Shown: one piece after another, positions 10,118 to 21,281 of the stretch
Position numbering within the stretch: the first letter of the stretch is position 1
How the letters are laid out: each line of letters opens with the position of its first letter
Source of the DNA: Vampirovibrionales bacterium
GTDB taxonomy: Bacteria > Cyanobacteriota > Vampirovibrionia > Vampirovibrionales > JAJTHC01
Assembly: GCA_046341215.1 (NCBI GenBank)
Contig: JBKDRU010000049.1
Coordinates: 3,342-67,341, forward strand
Reading direction: 5' to 3'
Length of the DNA stretch: 64,000 bases
Made by a program: the position numbers and the translations under genes
Notes under the pieces: generated by a model
What the model was told of the DNA's origin: nothing
Databases searched by the model: none
What the model saw: the letters and a program-made list of their open reading frames with translations, nothing else

Positions 10118-11242
10118 TTAAGCCAACGTCGTGGGACGCTCACTCGCTTCTTTAATACGTTCTTTAGCCAGCATAATGGCGGCATCTAGCGTGTTGATTT
10201 GACGCTCTTCCGCCAAACGAAAAATGCGCTGAGCTGTTTCATAAATGCTTTTGGTTTTTTCTGTGGCTTCTTCAAGTGTACCTTTCGCGAGTTCTGTTGA
10301 AAGCACGATTACACCCCCTGAGTTAATCGCAAAATCAGGGGCAAATAAAATCCCTTTTTGACGCATTTCATCCGCCACGGATTTTTTCGCCAAGGGATTA
10401 TTCGCTCCTCCTGCAATCACCGACGCCTGTGTTTTTGCAATCACTTCACTGGTCAAGGTGCCTCCAATCGCATTTGGTGAAAGAATATCTGCCTTAACCT
10501 GCCAAATCTCGTCAGGTTCAACGACTTTGATGCTGGGAAAGAGTTCTACACAACGATCAACCGCAGGGGCATAGGTGTCTGCCAAAATAACATTAAAATG
10601 AGCCTGCTCATATTCCTTTTTTAAATGCGTCAACATGTGGTAAGCCACCTTGCCCGCCCCTTGAATCGCAATGGTTAAGCCTTCTAAACTGTCTTGACCG
10701 TGCTGGTAAGCCACCGTCGATTTAATCCCTTGAAAGACGCCCAAGCCTGTTAAAATGGCTGAATCGCCTAAACCACCCTTTTCAGGAGGCAATGCCGAAA
10801 CGTAAGGGGTCACTTCTTTCATAATTTCCATATCCGCACTGGTTGAACCAATATCGGTGGCGGTATAGTAAGATCCACGTAAGACGCCGATACGTTTGCC
10901 CATGGTTCGCACGAGTTCAGGGGTTTTATGTTGCCCAGGTTGTAGCCAAATAACGGCTTTGCCTCCGCCGTACTGAAGACCTGCCAAGGCATTTTTATAG
11001 GTCATGGCTTCAGAAAGTTTTAAGACGTCTTCAAAGGCAGCTTCTTCGCTAGGGTAGTTCATGATGCGACAGCCACCTAAGCCTGGACCTAAACTTGTAT
11101 TATGTAAAGCAATAAAGCCTTTTAAACCTGTTTCATCGTCTTGTACAACAAAAACAGCTTCGTGTCCCAAGGCATTTAAGCGATCAAATAAGGCCACCAT
11201 GTTTGAGTTCCCCGTGTCCATTTTTTTACGTGCTATAATCAT
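10118..11242 (-). CDS. Glu/Leu/Phe/Val dehydrogenase (leucine dehydrogenase type); true start may be slightly downstream
   Basis: GPGLGGCR, MTYKNALAGL..GGGK, IQGAGKVA, GGANN, PDFAINSGG. Confidence 0.88.
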   Translation of the reverse strand: MIIARKKMDTGNSNMVALFDRLNALGHEAVFVVQDDETGLKGFIALHNTSLGPGLGGCRIMNYPSEEAAFEDVLKLSEAMTYKNALAGLQYGGGKAVIWLQPGQHKTPELVRTMGKRIGVLRGSYYTATDIGSTSADMEIMKEVTPYVSALPPEKGGLGDSAILTGLGVFQGIKSTVAYQHGQDSLEGLTIAIQGAGKVAYHMLTHLKKEYEQAHFNVILADTYAPAVDRCVELFPSIKVVEPDEIWQVKADILSPNAIGGTLTSEVIAKTQASVIAGGANNPLAKKSVADEMRQKGILFAPDFAINSGGVIVLSTELAKGTLEEATEKTKSIYETAQRIFRLAEERQINTLDAAIMLAKERIKEASERPTTLA

Positions 11243-11290
11243 GAATACACCTGTAGTTTACGATAAACAAAAATGATTGCCAAATAAAAA

Positions 11291-11779
11291 ATGCCTACTG
11301 TTTTTTTGGGGATGGGATCTAACCTTGACAACCCTGAAGCTCAATTAAATCAAGCGGTTGAAGCCTTCACAAGGCATCCGCAGATTGAGCATCTCAAGCG
11401 GAGTTCGTGGCACGCTAGCTCGCCGATGCACTGCCCCGAAGGCTCGCCCGATTTCCTTAATGGCGTGGTGATGCTTGAAACCACTTTGTCTCCTAAGGCG
11501 TTACAGGCGTTTTGTCAGACCCTTGAAACCCAAGCAGGACGTCCCCCATTAGATACTCGGCTCTTAAATGCCCCTCGCCCCTTGGATGTGGATATTCTGT
11601 TTTATGGAGATTTGATTTTGCAGACGGCGGACTTGGTGATTCCGCACCCTCGTTTGCAGGATCGTGCCTTTGTGCTAGAACCTATGCTGGAGCTGGCTCC
11701 AGACTGGGAGCACCCTATTTTAAAGCTGAGCGTTACAGCTCTTTTTAAAGCACTTTCGCAGAAGTTTTTATCGCTTTGA
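11291..11779 (+). CDS. folK: 2-amino-4-hydroxy-6-hydroxymethyldihydropteridine diphosphokinase
   Basis: LGMGSNL, FLNGV, PRPLDVDIL, IPHPRLQDRAFVLEP. Confidence 0.93.
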   Translation: MPTVFLGMGSNLDNPEAQLNQAVEAFTRHPQIEHLKRSSWHASSPMHCPEGSPDFLNGVVMLETTLSPKALQAFCQTLETQAGRPPLDTRLLNAPRPLDVDILFYGDLILQTADLVIPHPRLQDRAFVLEPMLELAPDWEHPILKLSVTALFKALSQKFLSL

Positions 11780-11833
11780 AAATCGAAGCAATCATGCTTC
11801 TGGACGCTTAATGGGGTTCAGTTAAGTTTTAGC

Positions 11834-14026
11834 TTAGTGTAATGGAGACAAGGTCTTGGGGTAAGGCCGTATTTCATTCGTACGATGCACACGCTGATGA
11901 TTCTTTACCTGTTTAATAATTTCTGAGTGGTGCGTGTGGTAAATTTCTACACGAGACTTTAATGAAAAACGTTTTTTTTGTGCTACATCAGGCTTGGATT
12001 CTAATTTCCCACGGACCAAGTGATACGCACAAAAAGAAGAGATCGCCAGTCCCGCTATAGACGATATAGCAAATCGTAGGGTGGGTGAATCCTGTGTCCA
12101 CTTGCGTAAGGCTCCGCTAGCAAGCAAACTTGTGAAAATTGTCGCCCCTGGTACTATAGCGAGTCCCAACATGAGACCTGAACCCTTTACATCCCCTTTT
12201 GTATCGCTAATTTTAGCTTCATAAGGTTGAATCCGATGAACATCCAACGCATTCCATAAAAATCCTAAGAAACTAAAGCCCAGTATAGAATTCAACAACA
12301 CTTCAGGTACAATCAAACGTTTCTTGGCGGAAGGAATGGTATGATGAATCGCAATATAATGGCGAATCCCTTGTGTGACAAAAGTATACGCATTTTTTAT
12401 ACTGTTTTCAACCAGTCCTTCTTGTAAGACTTTATTCAAGGCTGCTACACCTTTGGGGTGACTGCTTGGGAAAACGGTTGCCAAACGTAATCGTTCTAGT
12501 TCAAATTCAGCTAAAAGCTTTTTACTTTCGGCTTGGAATCGTTCAGGGCTTATGTGTGGATCGTTTAATAAAGCCTTAACCGCTTCCACATTTGTACGCA
12601 AGCGTTCTAAATGAGGACCCACTTCTTTCGCAAAATTAGAGATCCCCATGCTTTCGATGTTCAACGCTCTATCTCCGTCAAAATGCATCCCGATTTTTCG
12701 GGTCGTGTTGTCATCCAAAACAAGGGATTCATTGCCTACAACTTTCCTTAGAACACTCATTAGTCGTTCATTTTCTAGCGTTCGTTTATCTTCTGGATTT
12801 TTGATTTTAGAAGGGTCAAGAGGTTGGGAAAATTCTTTTAATAAGCTATGCTTAATATACCCCAAGGTATCTCTACCAAAGGGGATTTGACCTTCGCCCT
12901 TACCTTCAAGTTTAGCAAACTTAAACAAGTATTCTAAAAATGCATGATTGATCCTAAAATCACGTTCCACGGGTTCACTGGTGTGCATATCAAACAAACG
13001 CTGAGCCACATCACGATGAAAGATCCCATTGGTGGCAAAACGTCCTTGGCTCGCCAACTGTAAAAACTGTTGATATTCAGGCATAAAGTCGCCTAATTTC
13101 AAGTTATGCACCACATGTTCATATGCCCCGACGGGTCCTGTAAATAAGTCATGTTGAATAGCGGCCTTACCAAGTTGGACGATTTTACCGTCAACCAATT
13201 GCGTGGTGCTATAATTGGGGATGTGTCGATGTCCATATTTCGATAAGGTGGCATTGGTCGCTGCCAGGGAATCGGGTTGTGTCATGATCCGAATATGTCT
13301 TGTCAATACAGGCAAGCGAGACAAGGGCATCGTTTCGTATTTGCCCGTTTCAGGATTTACTCGGTGAAACTTTAAGACGTTCATGGCATGGGAAAGGTAC
13401 TTATAATCACCCCCATTTTTTGCCATGGAATCTTGGGTTAAGGCATCTTGTAAGCCTTCGAGCTGGTCTAGTTGTGAATCGCCTATCTCTTTCTTAAGTT
13501 CTGAAAATTCATAATTTGTTAAATGAGGATAAAACTCCCTTGCCCCTTCTAAGTTACGACCATTTACCGTCGGTAAAATGGCTTCACGAATCATAGGGGA
13601 ACTTAAGCTTCGGCTTATACGACGAACAATTTCAAGTAAGGGTTGTATATAGAGCAGTGAAAAGCCTCTAAATCCATAACGCAGGATATCCGTCGGTAAG
13701 ACAGTGGTAATTCGCCACGCACTTTGTACGGATTTAGAAAAATCGGTAGAATACTGGTTTAAGAAGCTCGCCTTATTTTGAAGTCCTTTTCCCCCTTCTT
13801 GAGCCATGGGGTTAATGCCATGAATGTTGGCATTGTAGGTAGTGGGCGTATTCTTAGGTTGTTTAAGATGCTCAATCCAACCTGCCAGCACAGAGCTGAG
13901 CGGAATAGCCACCACAAGGGCTTGAGAAAGGCGAAACATCATTTTGTCTCTATACTCTGGCGACTTTTGATCCTGCGTATTTGCATTCACGGTATTCGTT
14001 CCAGACTGAGGCATGCTCATCATCAT
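11834..14026 (-). CDS. Hypothetical membrane protein (lineage-specific)
   Basis: 730-aa ORF with one N-terminal and about three C-terminal hydrophobic helices; no family recognised. Confidence 0.7.
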   Translation of the reverse strand: MMMSMPQSGTNTVNANTQDQKSPEYRDKMMFRLSQALVVAIPLSSVLAGWIEHLKQPKNTPTTYNANIHGINPMAQEGGKGLQNKASFLNQYSTDFSKSVQSAWRITTVLPTDILRYGFRGFSLLYIQPLLEIVRRISRSLSSPMIREAILPTVNGRNLEGAREFYPHLTNYEFSELKKEIGDSQLDQLEGLQDALTQDSMAKNGGDYKYLSHAMNVLKFHRVNPETGKYETMPLSRLPVLTRHIRIMTQPDSLAATNATLSKYGHRHIPNYSTTQLVDGKIVQLGKAAIQHDLFTGPVGAYEHVVHNLKLGDFMPEYQQFLQLASQGRFATNGIFHRDVAQRLFDMHTSEPVERDFRINHAFLEYLFKFAKLEGKGEGQIPFGRDTLGYIKHSLLKEFSQPLDPSKIKNPEDKRTLENERLMSVLRKVVGNESLVLDDNTTRKIGMHFDGDRALNIESMGISNFAKEVGPHLERLRTNVEAVKALLNDPHISPERFQAESKKLLAEFELERLRLATVFPSSHPKGVAALNKVLQEGLVENSIKNAYTFVTQGIRHYIAIHHTIPSAKKRLIVPEVLLNSILGFSFLGFLWNALDVHRIQPYEAKISDTKGDVKGSGLMLGLAIVPGATIFTSLLASGALRKWTQDSPTLRFAISSIAGLAISSFCAYHLVRGKLESKPDVAQKKRFSLKSRVEIYHTHHSEIIKQVKNHQRVHRTNEIRPYPKTLSPLH

Positions 14027-16293
14027 AGGGTAGATTCTCCCTTCGTGTGGGGTAGGGATTTGTGCTTACGACGAAACTTTGTATAGTTTCCTTGCTTGAT
14101 TACATTTTCGTTTAAGTTCAAGGAAATATTTACATCACCTTCTAGAGGGGTTTTGTCTTTTTCCGTTTCTTCTTTTTGACCTAAGAAGCCCTTAATCGAA
14201 GTTATCCAATCACTGAGCGGGATTTTACCATGCCCTTTGTAATCTGCATCCAAACGAGAGAAGGAGTTGTAAACGATAAAGAACAGCACGTTGCTTAATA
14301 TAAAGGCCGTAACCACTGTTTGGAATCCGACTTGCAAGATGGATTTAATGAGGTTATTGTTTTTATATTGATCTATATCGTTAATGCGTTCGTTGAGCTT
14401 AAAACCTGCATCCAAAATATTAAAGACTTTACCCGTTAGTAAACGAGGCGGAGCCCCTTTGTTTTGTCCCGCTTTTTCCGTATTCAATAAACGAGCTTCA
14501 CCTAAGCGTCGAGCTAAGTAGAAATCAAGCTTCAGCTCGACTGAACTTTTGGCTTGGGCTTCCATATAGTCCTCAATAGCCGCTTTAATCAGTTCATTAT
14601 AGGCTTGAGTGGCTTCTGAAGAAAAATGATTAAGGGTGAGGTTTTGCATTTCTTTTAAATCGACGTAATTCTTCAAGCGTTGATGAGCCCTCTCTCTAAA
14701 AAGCTCCAATTTTTCAGCTTCTGTTAAAGGTTTTTGGGCTGAAACGCCAAAGGCCTTTTTCATGGCCATTTCTCGTGGACGGACTAAGTCAGGTTCTGGA
14801 TTGAGGCTATCGAAATCTTCCAGTAGCCCCAGAAAAAGTTTTCGAGTACCTTCATCACTTGAATCATCAAGGTTGATTGGCATTGGAATGTTTGGTTGTT
14901 TTATCTTCAAAGCTTTCACCTGATCGAGATGAGCAGGATCGTAGACAGCGTATTTCGTGGCTTCCTTTAAATAAGGCATGAAAATATCTTCCAAGCGCCT
15001 TTTGGGATCTTTGGGGATGCCTTTCGTTCGATCCTCTAAAAATAAGACCTCTTCTAATTGCTCTGTAAGTAAAGGATACAGATTGACTAATTTCAAGTCG
15101 TCTCTTAGGGCTTGTAAGCTTTTTTGTGCTTCGTCCTGCCCAAGTTCCGTGAGTGCTTTTTGCCAATCAATCATATCAGAACGAAGTGGAATAAGTGTCA
15201 ATTTATTCTTTTTTTCATTAGGCGCATCCAGCTCTTGCCAGAGCTCTCGTGTTTGTTCAGACAATGCGCTGCGTTCAGGATTATCGCCAGTGAGGGCTTT
15301 GATGGCTTCTTCATAAGCATGACGACTTTCACGACCCACCCAAGGGTCATTCACACCGTGTTCATAGCGAAGATCTTTAAAATGGTGGTTGTAGCGATAT
15401 TGAGCATCCGCTAAGGCTTCGTAGAGCGTGGTTAGTGTAGACGCTTGATGAGGTTGGGCTAAAGCCTCTTCAAACGCTTGTTTGGCTATTGTGTAGTCTT
15501 TTTTTATTGTAATCCCTTTTGTTAGGGACTCATAAATCTCCAATTCCGTCGTTTCAAGCGTTAAGCGCTGACGAAAGGCGTCGATTTCTTTGTCTAGAAG
15601 CGTTCCCGCTTTTGTGGGGGCTTCTTTAATCTTGGGAAACATCACCTCAAAGGGCGTGTTTAAGCCACACATTTCTTGAATGGCTAAACCCACCGTATTT
15701 CGCCAATTGAAATTAAACTGTACCCATGCGGATTCCTTGAGAGGCGTGTCGATTTTTCGAGTCAGATTTCTAGGTTTCATCATGTAATTCAAAAACCAGC
15801 GGTTAATACTGAAAATGGATTCTACACCCTGCTTATTTTTACCCCCTTTGACAGCTTTAATCAAGCTAACCGTACTTAAACGTGTTAGAGCTTCTGTCCC
15901 GATCCTTTCAAATACATGCTGATGCGTCAACGCCGCAAAAAAGATGCTTGCCCCTGAATTAATAGACGTCATCAATGTCGAAGTAATATCCACCAAACTC
16001 ATACCACTTTTGGGCAAGCGTAAGTTTGAAAGTATGGGAATACTTTGGGCGTTGATACTACGTAATAAACCTTTTTCTGGACTCATTTGGCAGAATTTCC
16101 ACAAAGCAAGTAACCCGATTAACGTCACGCTTCCAACGCCTATCACCCCTCTTTCAAGTTGTTTGGTATCAGTGACGTGATGACGCTTTCGACGGTTTTT
16201 CTTAGCAGAATTAGGGCCTTCTTCGTTGAAAGCTTTTATTTCTGGATGTTGAGAGAGATTGAGCTTCAGAGTCGAAACGACACCAGTAGTCAT
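14023..16293 (-). CDS. Hypothetical helical membrane protein (lineage-specific)
   Basis: 756-aa ORF with N- and C-terminal hydrophobic segments; 4-nt overlap with the downstream ORF. Confidence 0.7.
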   Translation of the reverse strand: MTTGVVSTLKLNLSQHPEIKAFNEEGPNSAKKNRRKRHHVTDTKQLERGVIGVGSVTLIGLLALWKFCQMSPEKGLLRSINAQSIPILSNLRLPKSGMSLVDITSTLMTSINSGASIFFAALTHQHVFERIGTEALTRLSTVSLIKAVKGGKNKQGVESIFSINRWFLNYMMKPRNLTRKIDTPLKESAWVQFNFNWRNTVGLAIQEMCGLNTPFEVMFPKIKEAPTKAGTLLDKEIDAFRQRLTLETTELEIYESLTKGITIKKDYTIAKQAFEEALAQPHQASTLTTLYEALADAQYRYNHHFKDLRYEHGVNDPWVGRESRHAYEEAIKALTGDNPERSALSEQTRELWQELDAPNEKKNKLTLIPLRSDMIDWQKALTELGQDEAQKSLQALRDDLKLVNLYPLLTEQLEEVLFLEDRTKGIPKDPKRRLEDIFMPYLKEATKYAVYDPAHLDQVKALKIKQPNIPMPINLDDSSDEGTRKLFLGLLEDFDSLNPEPDLVRPREMAMKKAFGVSAQKPLTEAEKLELFRERAHQRLKNYVDLKEMQNLTLNHFSSEATQAYNELIKAAIEDYMEAQAKSSVELKLDFYLARRLGEARLLNTEKAGQNKGAPPRLLTGKVFNILDAGFKLNERINDIDQYKNNNLIKSILQVGFQTVVTAFILSNVLFFIVYNSFSRLDADYKGHGKIPLSDWITSIKGFLGQKEETEKDKTPLEGDVNISLNLNENVIKQGNYTKFRRKHKSLPHTKGESTL

Positions 16294-16638
16294 AAAGAAA
16301 AAACCATTAATGCTTAGGAAAGGGCCTAATTGTGAAAAAAGAGATTCACAGTGACAGTTTACCTCAAATAATATGAAGTGTTAATGACATTAAGGCATCT
16401 CAAGTTTTTTTTATGCTCTTTATTTAGTATTTTGAGGCTTAAAAGAAAGCACGACTTCTGAATTTTAGAGTTTTCTGTAATAAGTTAGAAATCAGGTTCT
16501 ACTATTTGCCGAAAAGGATTGAAGAAAGTCCTTGAGTTCTGTTCATAATGTTTAAAATAATTAAGCAGGCAGTATGGTTGATCATTTAAAATACTATAGA
16601 TGCTTGGACGCATAAAACGACTGCTTTTTGGGGAAAGC

Positions 16639-18549
16639 TTACGTCGAAACGTGTTGCATCGGCAAGCGACCGGCACTTAATAGGACTTGCACAATCTGTA
16701 CATCGCTTGGGTTAACGCCTGAAATCCGCTTGGCTTGTGCCAAATCCACAGGGCGAAACTTGCTTAACTTTTCACGGGCTTCTAAGCTCAATTGCTGAAT
16801 GGCGTTATAATCCACCGTTAAAGGCAGTTTCACCTTCTCCGCATTCTGCACACGTTGATTTTCTCGACTTTGCCTGCCGATGTAGCCTGCAAATTTAATA
16901 TCCGTTTCCAGCGTTTCTTGTACATCAGGCGAAACATCCTGCGACGCTGGATTGAGCTTAATCAGCGTTTCATAAGTAATGGCAGGACGCCTCAATAATT
17001 GTTCCAAGCTTGTGCCTTCTTGAATACGTTCCCCACACGACTCGATTAATATCTGGTTATTATCGTCATTGGCTTTGATTTTGGTGGTCGTTAAACGGGT
17101 TTGCTCTTGGGCAATGGCTGCTTGACGAGCTTCAAACACCGCCCACCGATCGCCTTGAACAAGCCCTATTTCACGACCCAAGCCTGTTAAACGTAAATCG
17201 GCGTTGTCTTGTCGCAATAACAAGCGATACTCGCTACGGCTGGTAAGCATGCGGTACGGTTCTTTAATTTCTTTGGTGACCAGATCGTCAATCAAGGTGC
17301 CGATATACGATGAGGATCGTGGCAAAATAAAGGGATCCTGCCCCCCTGCGTAGCGACTGGCGTTAATGCCTGCCATTAAGCCTTGAGCCGCCGCTTCTTC
17401 GTATCCGCTGGTGCCGTTGATTTGCCCAGCGAAAAACAAGCCGTGGGCATTTTTGACCATTAAAGCAGGCGTGAGCTGATACGCAGGAAAGTAGTCATAT
17501 TCCACCGCACAAGCAGGACGCAACATCTCTGCACGCTCTAAGCCCGGTAAGGTTTGGAGCATCGCCACTTGTACATCAAGCGGCAAGCAAGACGAAAAAC
17601 CTTGCAGGTAGATTTCATAGGTGTCACGGCCTTCAGGTTCAATAAACAAGTGATGCGTGTCTTTGTCCGCAAAGCGCATGACCTTGTCTTCAATACTGGG
17701 GCAGTAGCGTGGTCCACAATCGGCTTCCATAAGCCCTTGCATCATGGGGCTACGGTGGATGTTGGCTTTAATAATCTCGTGCGTTTTAGTCGTGGTGCGT
17801 GTGATGTGACACGGAATTTGCTCCAGCTGGGGGCGGTTCGGCATAAAGCTAAAAAAGCCATGAGGCGTGTCGCCGTGCTGTTCTTCAAGGTTAGCATAGT
17901 CGATGGTACGACCGTCTAAGCGAGGGGGTGTGCCTGTTTTGAGGCGTCCTGTTTCAAGCCCTAGTTCTAATAGGGATGCCGTTAAGCCTTTCGCCGCAGG
18001 ATCTCCAGGGCGTCCGCCACCGTAAGAGTTTTCACCGATCCAGATTTTGCCGTTTAAAAACGTACCTGTGGTCACAACCACCGCAGGGGCTTCGTAGAAA
18101 ATACCGAGATTGTCTTCAACGCCTAGCACTTTTTGATGAGCATCCACGACCACACGTTGGACGGTGCTTTGGCGTAATTTCAAGTTGGGTTCGGCTTCGA
18201 CCAACGCACGGGCATAGTCCCGATACTTGGCTTTGTCGCTTTGAGAGCGTAAGGCTCTCACCGCAGGGCCTTTGGACATGTTGAGCATCCGCAGTTGGAT
18301 GTAAGTGGCATCGGCACACAAGCCCATGACCCCACCGAGCGCATCGATTTCTTTGACAAGCTGGCTTTTGGCAGGTCCTCCAATGGAAGGGTTACAGCTC
18401 ATTTGCCCAATGGTGTCGAGATTCATACTCAATAAAATGGTTTTACAGCCCAAGCGAGCGGCTGAAACGGCGGCTTCAATACCTGCATGCCCTGCTCCGA
18501 TGACCAAGACATCGGCTTTTTCTGTGTGGAGTGCCATAGATTCTTCCAT
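16639..18549 (-). CDS. mnmG: tRNA uridine-5-carboxymethylaminomethyl(34) synthesis enzyme MnmG/GidA
   Basis: [57 protein letters not shown]. Confidence 0.97.
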   Translation of the reverse strand: MEESMALHTEKADVLVIGAGHAGIEAAVSAARLGCKTILLSMNLDTIGQMSCNPSIGGPAKSQLVKEIDALGGVMGLCADATYIQLRMLNMSKGPAVRALRSQSDKAKYRDYARALVEAEPNLKLRQSTVQRVVVDAHQKVLGVEDNLGIFYEAPAVVVTTGTFLNGKIWIGENSYGGGRPGDPAAKGLTASLLELGLETGRLKTGTPPRLDGRTIDYANLEEQHGDTPHGFFSFMPNRPQLEQIPCHITRTTTKTHEIIKANIHRSPMMQGLMEADCGPRYCPSIEDKVMRFADKDTHHLFIEPEGRDTYEIYLQGFSSCLPLDVQVAMLQTLPGLERAEMLRPACAVEYDYFPAYQLTPALMVKNAHGLFFAGQINGTSGYEEAAAQGLMAGINASRYAGGQDPFILPRSSSYIGTLIDDLVTKEIKEPYRMLTSRSEYRLLLRQDNADLRLTGLGREIGLVQGDRWAVFEARQAAIAQEQTRLTTTKIKANDDNNQILIESCGERIQEGTSLEQLLRRPAITYETLIKLNPASQDVSPDVQETLETDIKFAGYIGRQSRENQRVQNAEKVKLPLTVDYNAIQQLSLEAREKLSKFRPVDLAQAKRISGVNPSDVQIVQVLLSAGRLPMQHVST

Positions 18550-18704
18550 TTTTTTAGATAACTAGCGCTATTCTATCAAAAACATAAAATATCCGCTGAT
18601 TTATAATGCAAAGATCTGTTTTATAAGACTTAAAAAGATACGTCAAAAAAGACGAGGGTCTCATCCTTCTGTAATTTGATGAACAGCCGTAATAGCAAAG
18701 ACGT

Positions 18705-20126
18705 TTATGCCCGTTGGTACATATCTTCAAAACGCACAATGTCGTCTTCTTCCAAATAAGACCCCGACTGCACTTCAATAATTTCAAGGGGTATCTTCCC
18801 CGGATTTTCTAAACGATGCTTCGTGCCAATAGGAATATACGTGGATTCGTCCTGACTCAACAAGAAGGTCTTATCTCCATTGGTGACCAACGCCGTCCCT
18901 TTAACGACGACCCAATGCTCGGCACGGTGATGGTGCATTTGAAGCGACAACTTCTGCTGAGGGTTCACGATAATCCGCTTCGCCTTAAAGCCAGTAGCTT
19001 CCACGATCGTTTCATAACTCCCCCACGGACGAAACACTTGCACATGTTCCAACCGTTCATTACGATTCTTGGCTTTCAAGGCATCCACCACATGCTTCAC
19101 CGATTCCGCCTTACGACGATCCGCCACCAAGACCGCATCCTTCGTTTGCACAACGAGGATATGCTCCACGTCACACAGCGTCACCAACGCCGTTTGACTA
19201 AGCACCATGGATTCCTTAACGTTATGTAAAATCACATCACCCTTTGTGGCGTTGCCCTGCTCGTCTTGAGGGGAAAGTTCCCACAAGGCTCCCCAATTAC
19301 CCACATCGCTCCAGCCTGCATCGAGGGGGACGACCACGGCCTTATGGGTTTTTTCCATAATCGCATAATCAATGGAAATGCTGGGACATTTAGCGAAACT
19401 TTCAGCATCTAAACGAATGAAGTCTAAATCCTTGAATCCTTGAACGAGGGCTTGTCGCGCGTATTTTAGGACTTCAGGGCAGTAGCGTTCGGCTTCTTCT
19501 AAAAGCGTCGTGGCTTTAAGAAGAAACATGCCTGAATTCCAGAAATAATTCCCTGCTTCAATAAATTGTTGAGCGGTGGATTCATCGGGCTTTTCTTTAA
19601 AACCTTGGACTTTCAAACCTTTTTCAGGATCATCTGAAAGGGATTCGCCAGCTTGAATGTAGCCGTAGCCTGTAGCAGGGTGTGTGGGTACAATCCCAAA
19701 CGTAACGACTTTGCCTTCTTCAGCGTGACGAGCAGCGTGTGCCATGGCATGACGGAGGGCTTGGGTGTCTTGAATATGATGATCGGACGGCAAGATAAGA
19801 AGGCTGGCTTCCTTCGTCTGTGGATTAGAGCAAGCAATTAACGCCGCAACCACGATGGCTGGGGCGGTATTTCGACCACAAGGTTCTAAAATAATTTTAC
19901 TTTGCGGTAAATTCATGGCGTGAATTTGTTCCGCAACACGAAAGCGATGACCTTGATTAGCAATAACAATAGGTGTTTCAAGCCCTTCCAAAGGCAATCG
20001 TAACAGGGTTTCTTGAAAAAGGCTATGTTCTTCAAGCAAAGATAAAAATTGCTTCGGCATCCCTTCACGAGACAAAGGCCATAGGCGTGTACCGCTTCCA
20101 CCAGAAAGAATTACGGGAATCAACAT
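18705..20126 (-). CDS. manC: Mannose-1-phosphate guanylyltransferase / mannose-6-phosphate isomerase
   Basis: PVILSGGSGTRLWPLSR, EPCGRNTAPA, WNSGMF, RPWG and C-terminal cupin; ATG at 20126 chosen as start. Confidence 0.95.
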   Translation of the reverse strand: MLIPVILSGGSGTRLWPLSREGMPKQFLSLLEEHSLFQETLLRLPLEGLETPIVIANQGHRFRVAEQIHAMNLPQSKIILEPCGRNTAPAIVVAALIACSNPQTKEASLLILPSDHHIQDTQALRHAMAHAARHAEEGKVVTFGIVPTHPATGYGYIQAGESLSDDPEKGLKVQGFKEKPDESTAQQFIEAGNYFWNSGMFLLKATTLLEEAERYCPEVLKYARQALVQGFKDLDFIRLDAESFAKCPSISIDYAIMEKTHKAVVVPLDAGWSDVGNWGALWELSPQDEQGNATKGDVILHNVKESMVLSQTALVTLCDVEHILVVQTKDAVLVADRRKAESVKHVVDALKAKNRNERLEHVQVFRPWGSYETIVEATGFKAKRIIVNPQQKLSLQMHHHRAEHWVVVKGTALVTNGDKTFLLSQDESTYIPIGTKHRLENPGKIPLEIIEVQSGSYLEEDDIVRFEDMYQRA

Positions 20127-20220
20127 GAAAAATATCCTCAAGCTTAAATGACTTTTCGCTATTATATCAAAAACAAAACTAATTGAATCCTATTTTGCGG
20201 ATGTTAAAATGAATTAGCTG

Positions 20221-21105
20221 ATGCAAAAAGATAGAAAGAATCCTTTAATTATGCCCAAACCCAATGTGAGTTTTGAGTTTTTTCCTCCCAATACGCCTGA
20301 AGCGAATGAAAAATTATGGGAAAGCATCCAAAAACTAGCGCCCCTTAACCCCGATTTTGTGAGTGTTACTTACGGAGCAGGCGGTTCCACTCGTGAACGT
20401 ACACACGACACGGTGGCTAAAATATTACAAGAAACAACCCTTAAGCCAGCCGCCCACCTGACCTGTGTGGGTTCTAGCAAGGCGGATATTCACGCTATTT
20501 TAGCGCGCTATAAAGCATTAGGCGTTTCGCACATCGTGGCGTTAAGAGGCGACATTCCCAAGGATCAATCCCCCGAAGACGCTCTGAAGGACTATCAACA
20601 CGCGAGCGACTTGATTCAGGACATCCACGCCATAGGAGGCTTTGAGGTTTCTGTGGCGGGCTATCCTGAAGGGCATCCTGAAGCGGTTGATTTGAATGTT
20701 GATATTGACTTTCTCAAAGCCAAGGTGGACTTAGGCGCCCGTTCGATTATGACGCAATTTTTCTTTGAAGCCGAAACATTCTTACGTTTTCGGGATCTGT
20801 GTCACGCCAAAGGCATTACAGCCCCTATTTTACCAGGTATTTTGCCGATTAGTAATGTACAGCAAACGCTGAAGTTTGCGAAGATGTGCGGTGCCCAATT
20901 GCCACAACGCTTGGTGAATTTGTTTGACGGCTTGGATGAAGATCCCGACACCCGACGCTTAATTGCCAGTAGCGAAGCCATTAAATTGTGCGAAGCCTTG
21001 CAAAAAGAAGGGGTGGAACATTTCCATTTCTATACGCTCAATCGTAGTGATTTGGTGTACGGTATTTGTCACGCCCTAGGGGTCACGAACAAACACACGT
21101 CGTAA
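20221..21105 (+). CDS. metF: 5,10-methylenetetrahydrofolate reductase (start may be 20251)
   Basis: SFEFFPP, VSVTYGAGGSTR, VALRGD, YPEGHPE, TQFFF, FHFYTLNR. Confidence 0.96.
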   Translation: MQKDRKNPLIMPKPNVSFEFFPPNTPEANEKLWESIQKLAPLNPDFVSVTYGAGGSTRERTHDTVAKILQETTLKPAAHLTCVGSSKADIHAILARYKALGVSHIVALRGDIPKDQSPEDALKDYQHASDLIQDIHAIGGFEVSVAGYPEGHPEAVDLNVDIDFLKAKVDLGARSIMTQFFFEAETFLRFRDLCHAKGITAPILPGILPISNVQQTLKFAKMCGAQLPQRLVNLFDGLDEDPDTRRLIASSEAIKLCEALQKEGVEHFHFYTLNRSDLVYGICHALGVTNKHTS

Positions 21106-21250
21106 AGAAAGTAAGAAGAAGGCTATTCTAGTCCTGCCCAAATCAGACTATTGGAAGAGTATGTCAAACGCAACGAGCTTGAAATAACAAAGCAAATCGT
21201 AGAAACGGAAATTACAAAAAAACACAGCAACCCCGAGAAGCTCAGGAAAG
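21106..21250 (+). pseudogene. Remnant of the N-terminal catalytic domain of a large serine recombinase
   Basis: Reads *EEGYSSPAQIRLLEEYVKRNELEITKQIVETEITKK, resembling the (YxRVS)xxxQxxEGxSIPAQxxxLxEYxxxxxxEIxxxFxDxE pattern; in-frame stops and no start codon. Confidence 0.6.
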
Positions 21251-21281
21251 TCGAACCACCACTTTTTAGTGAAATAGGGAC

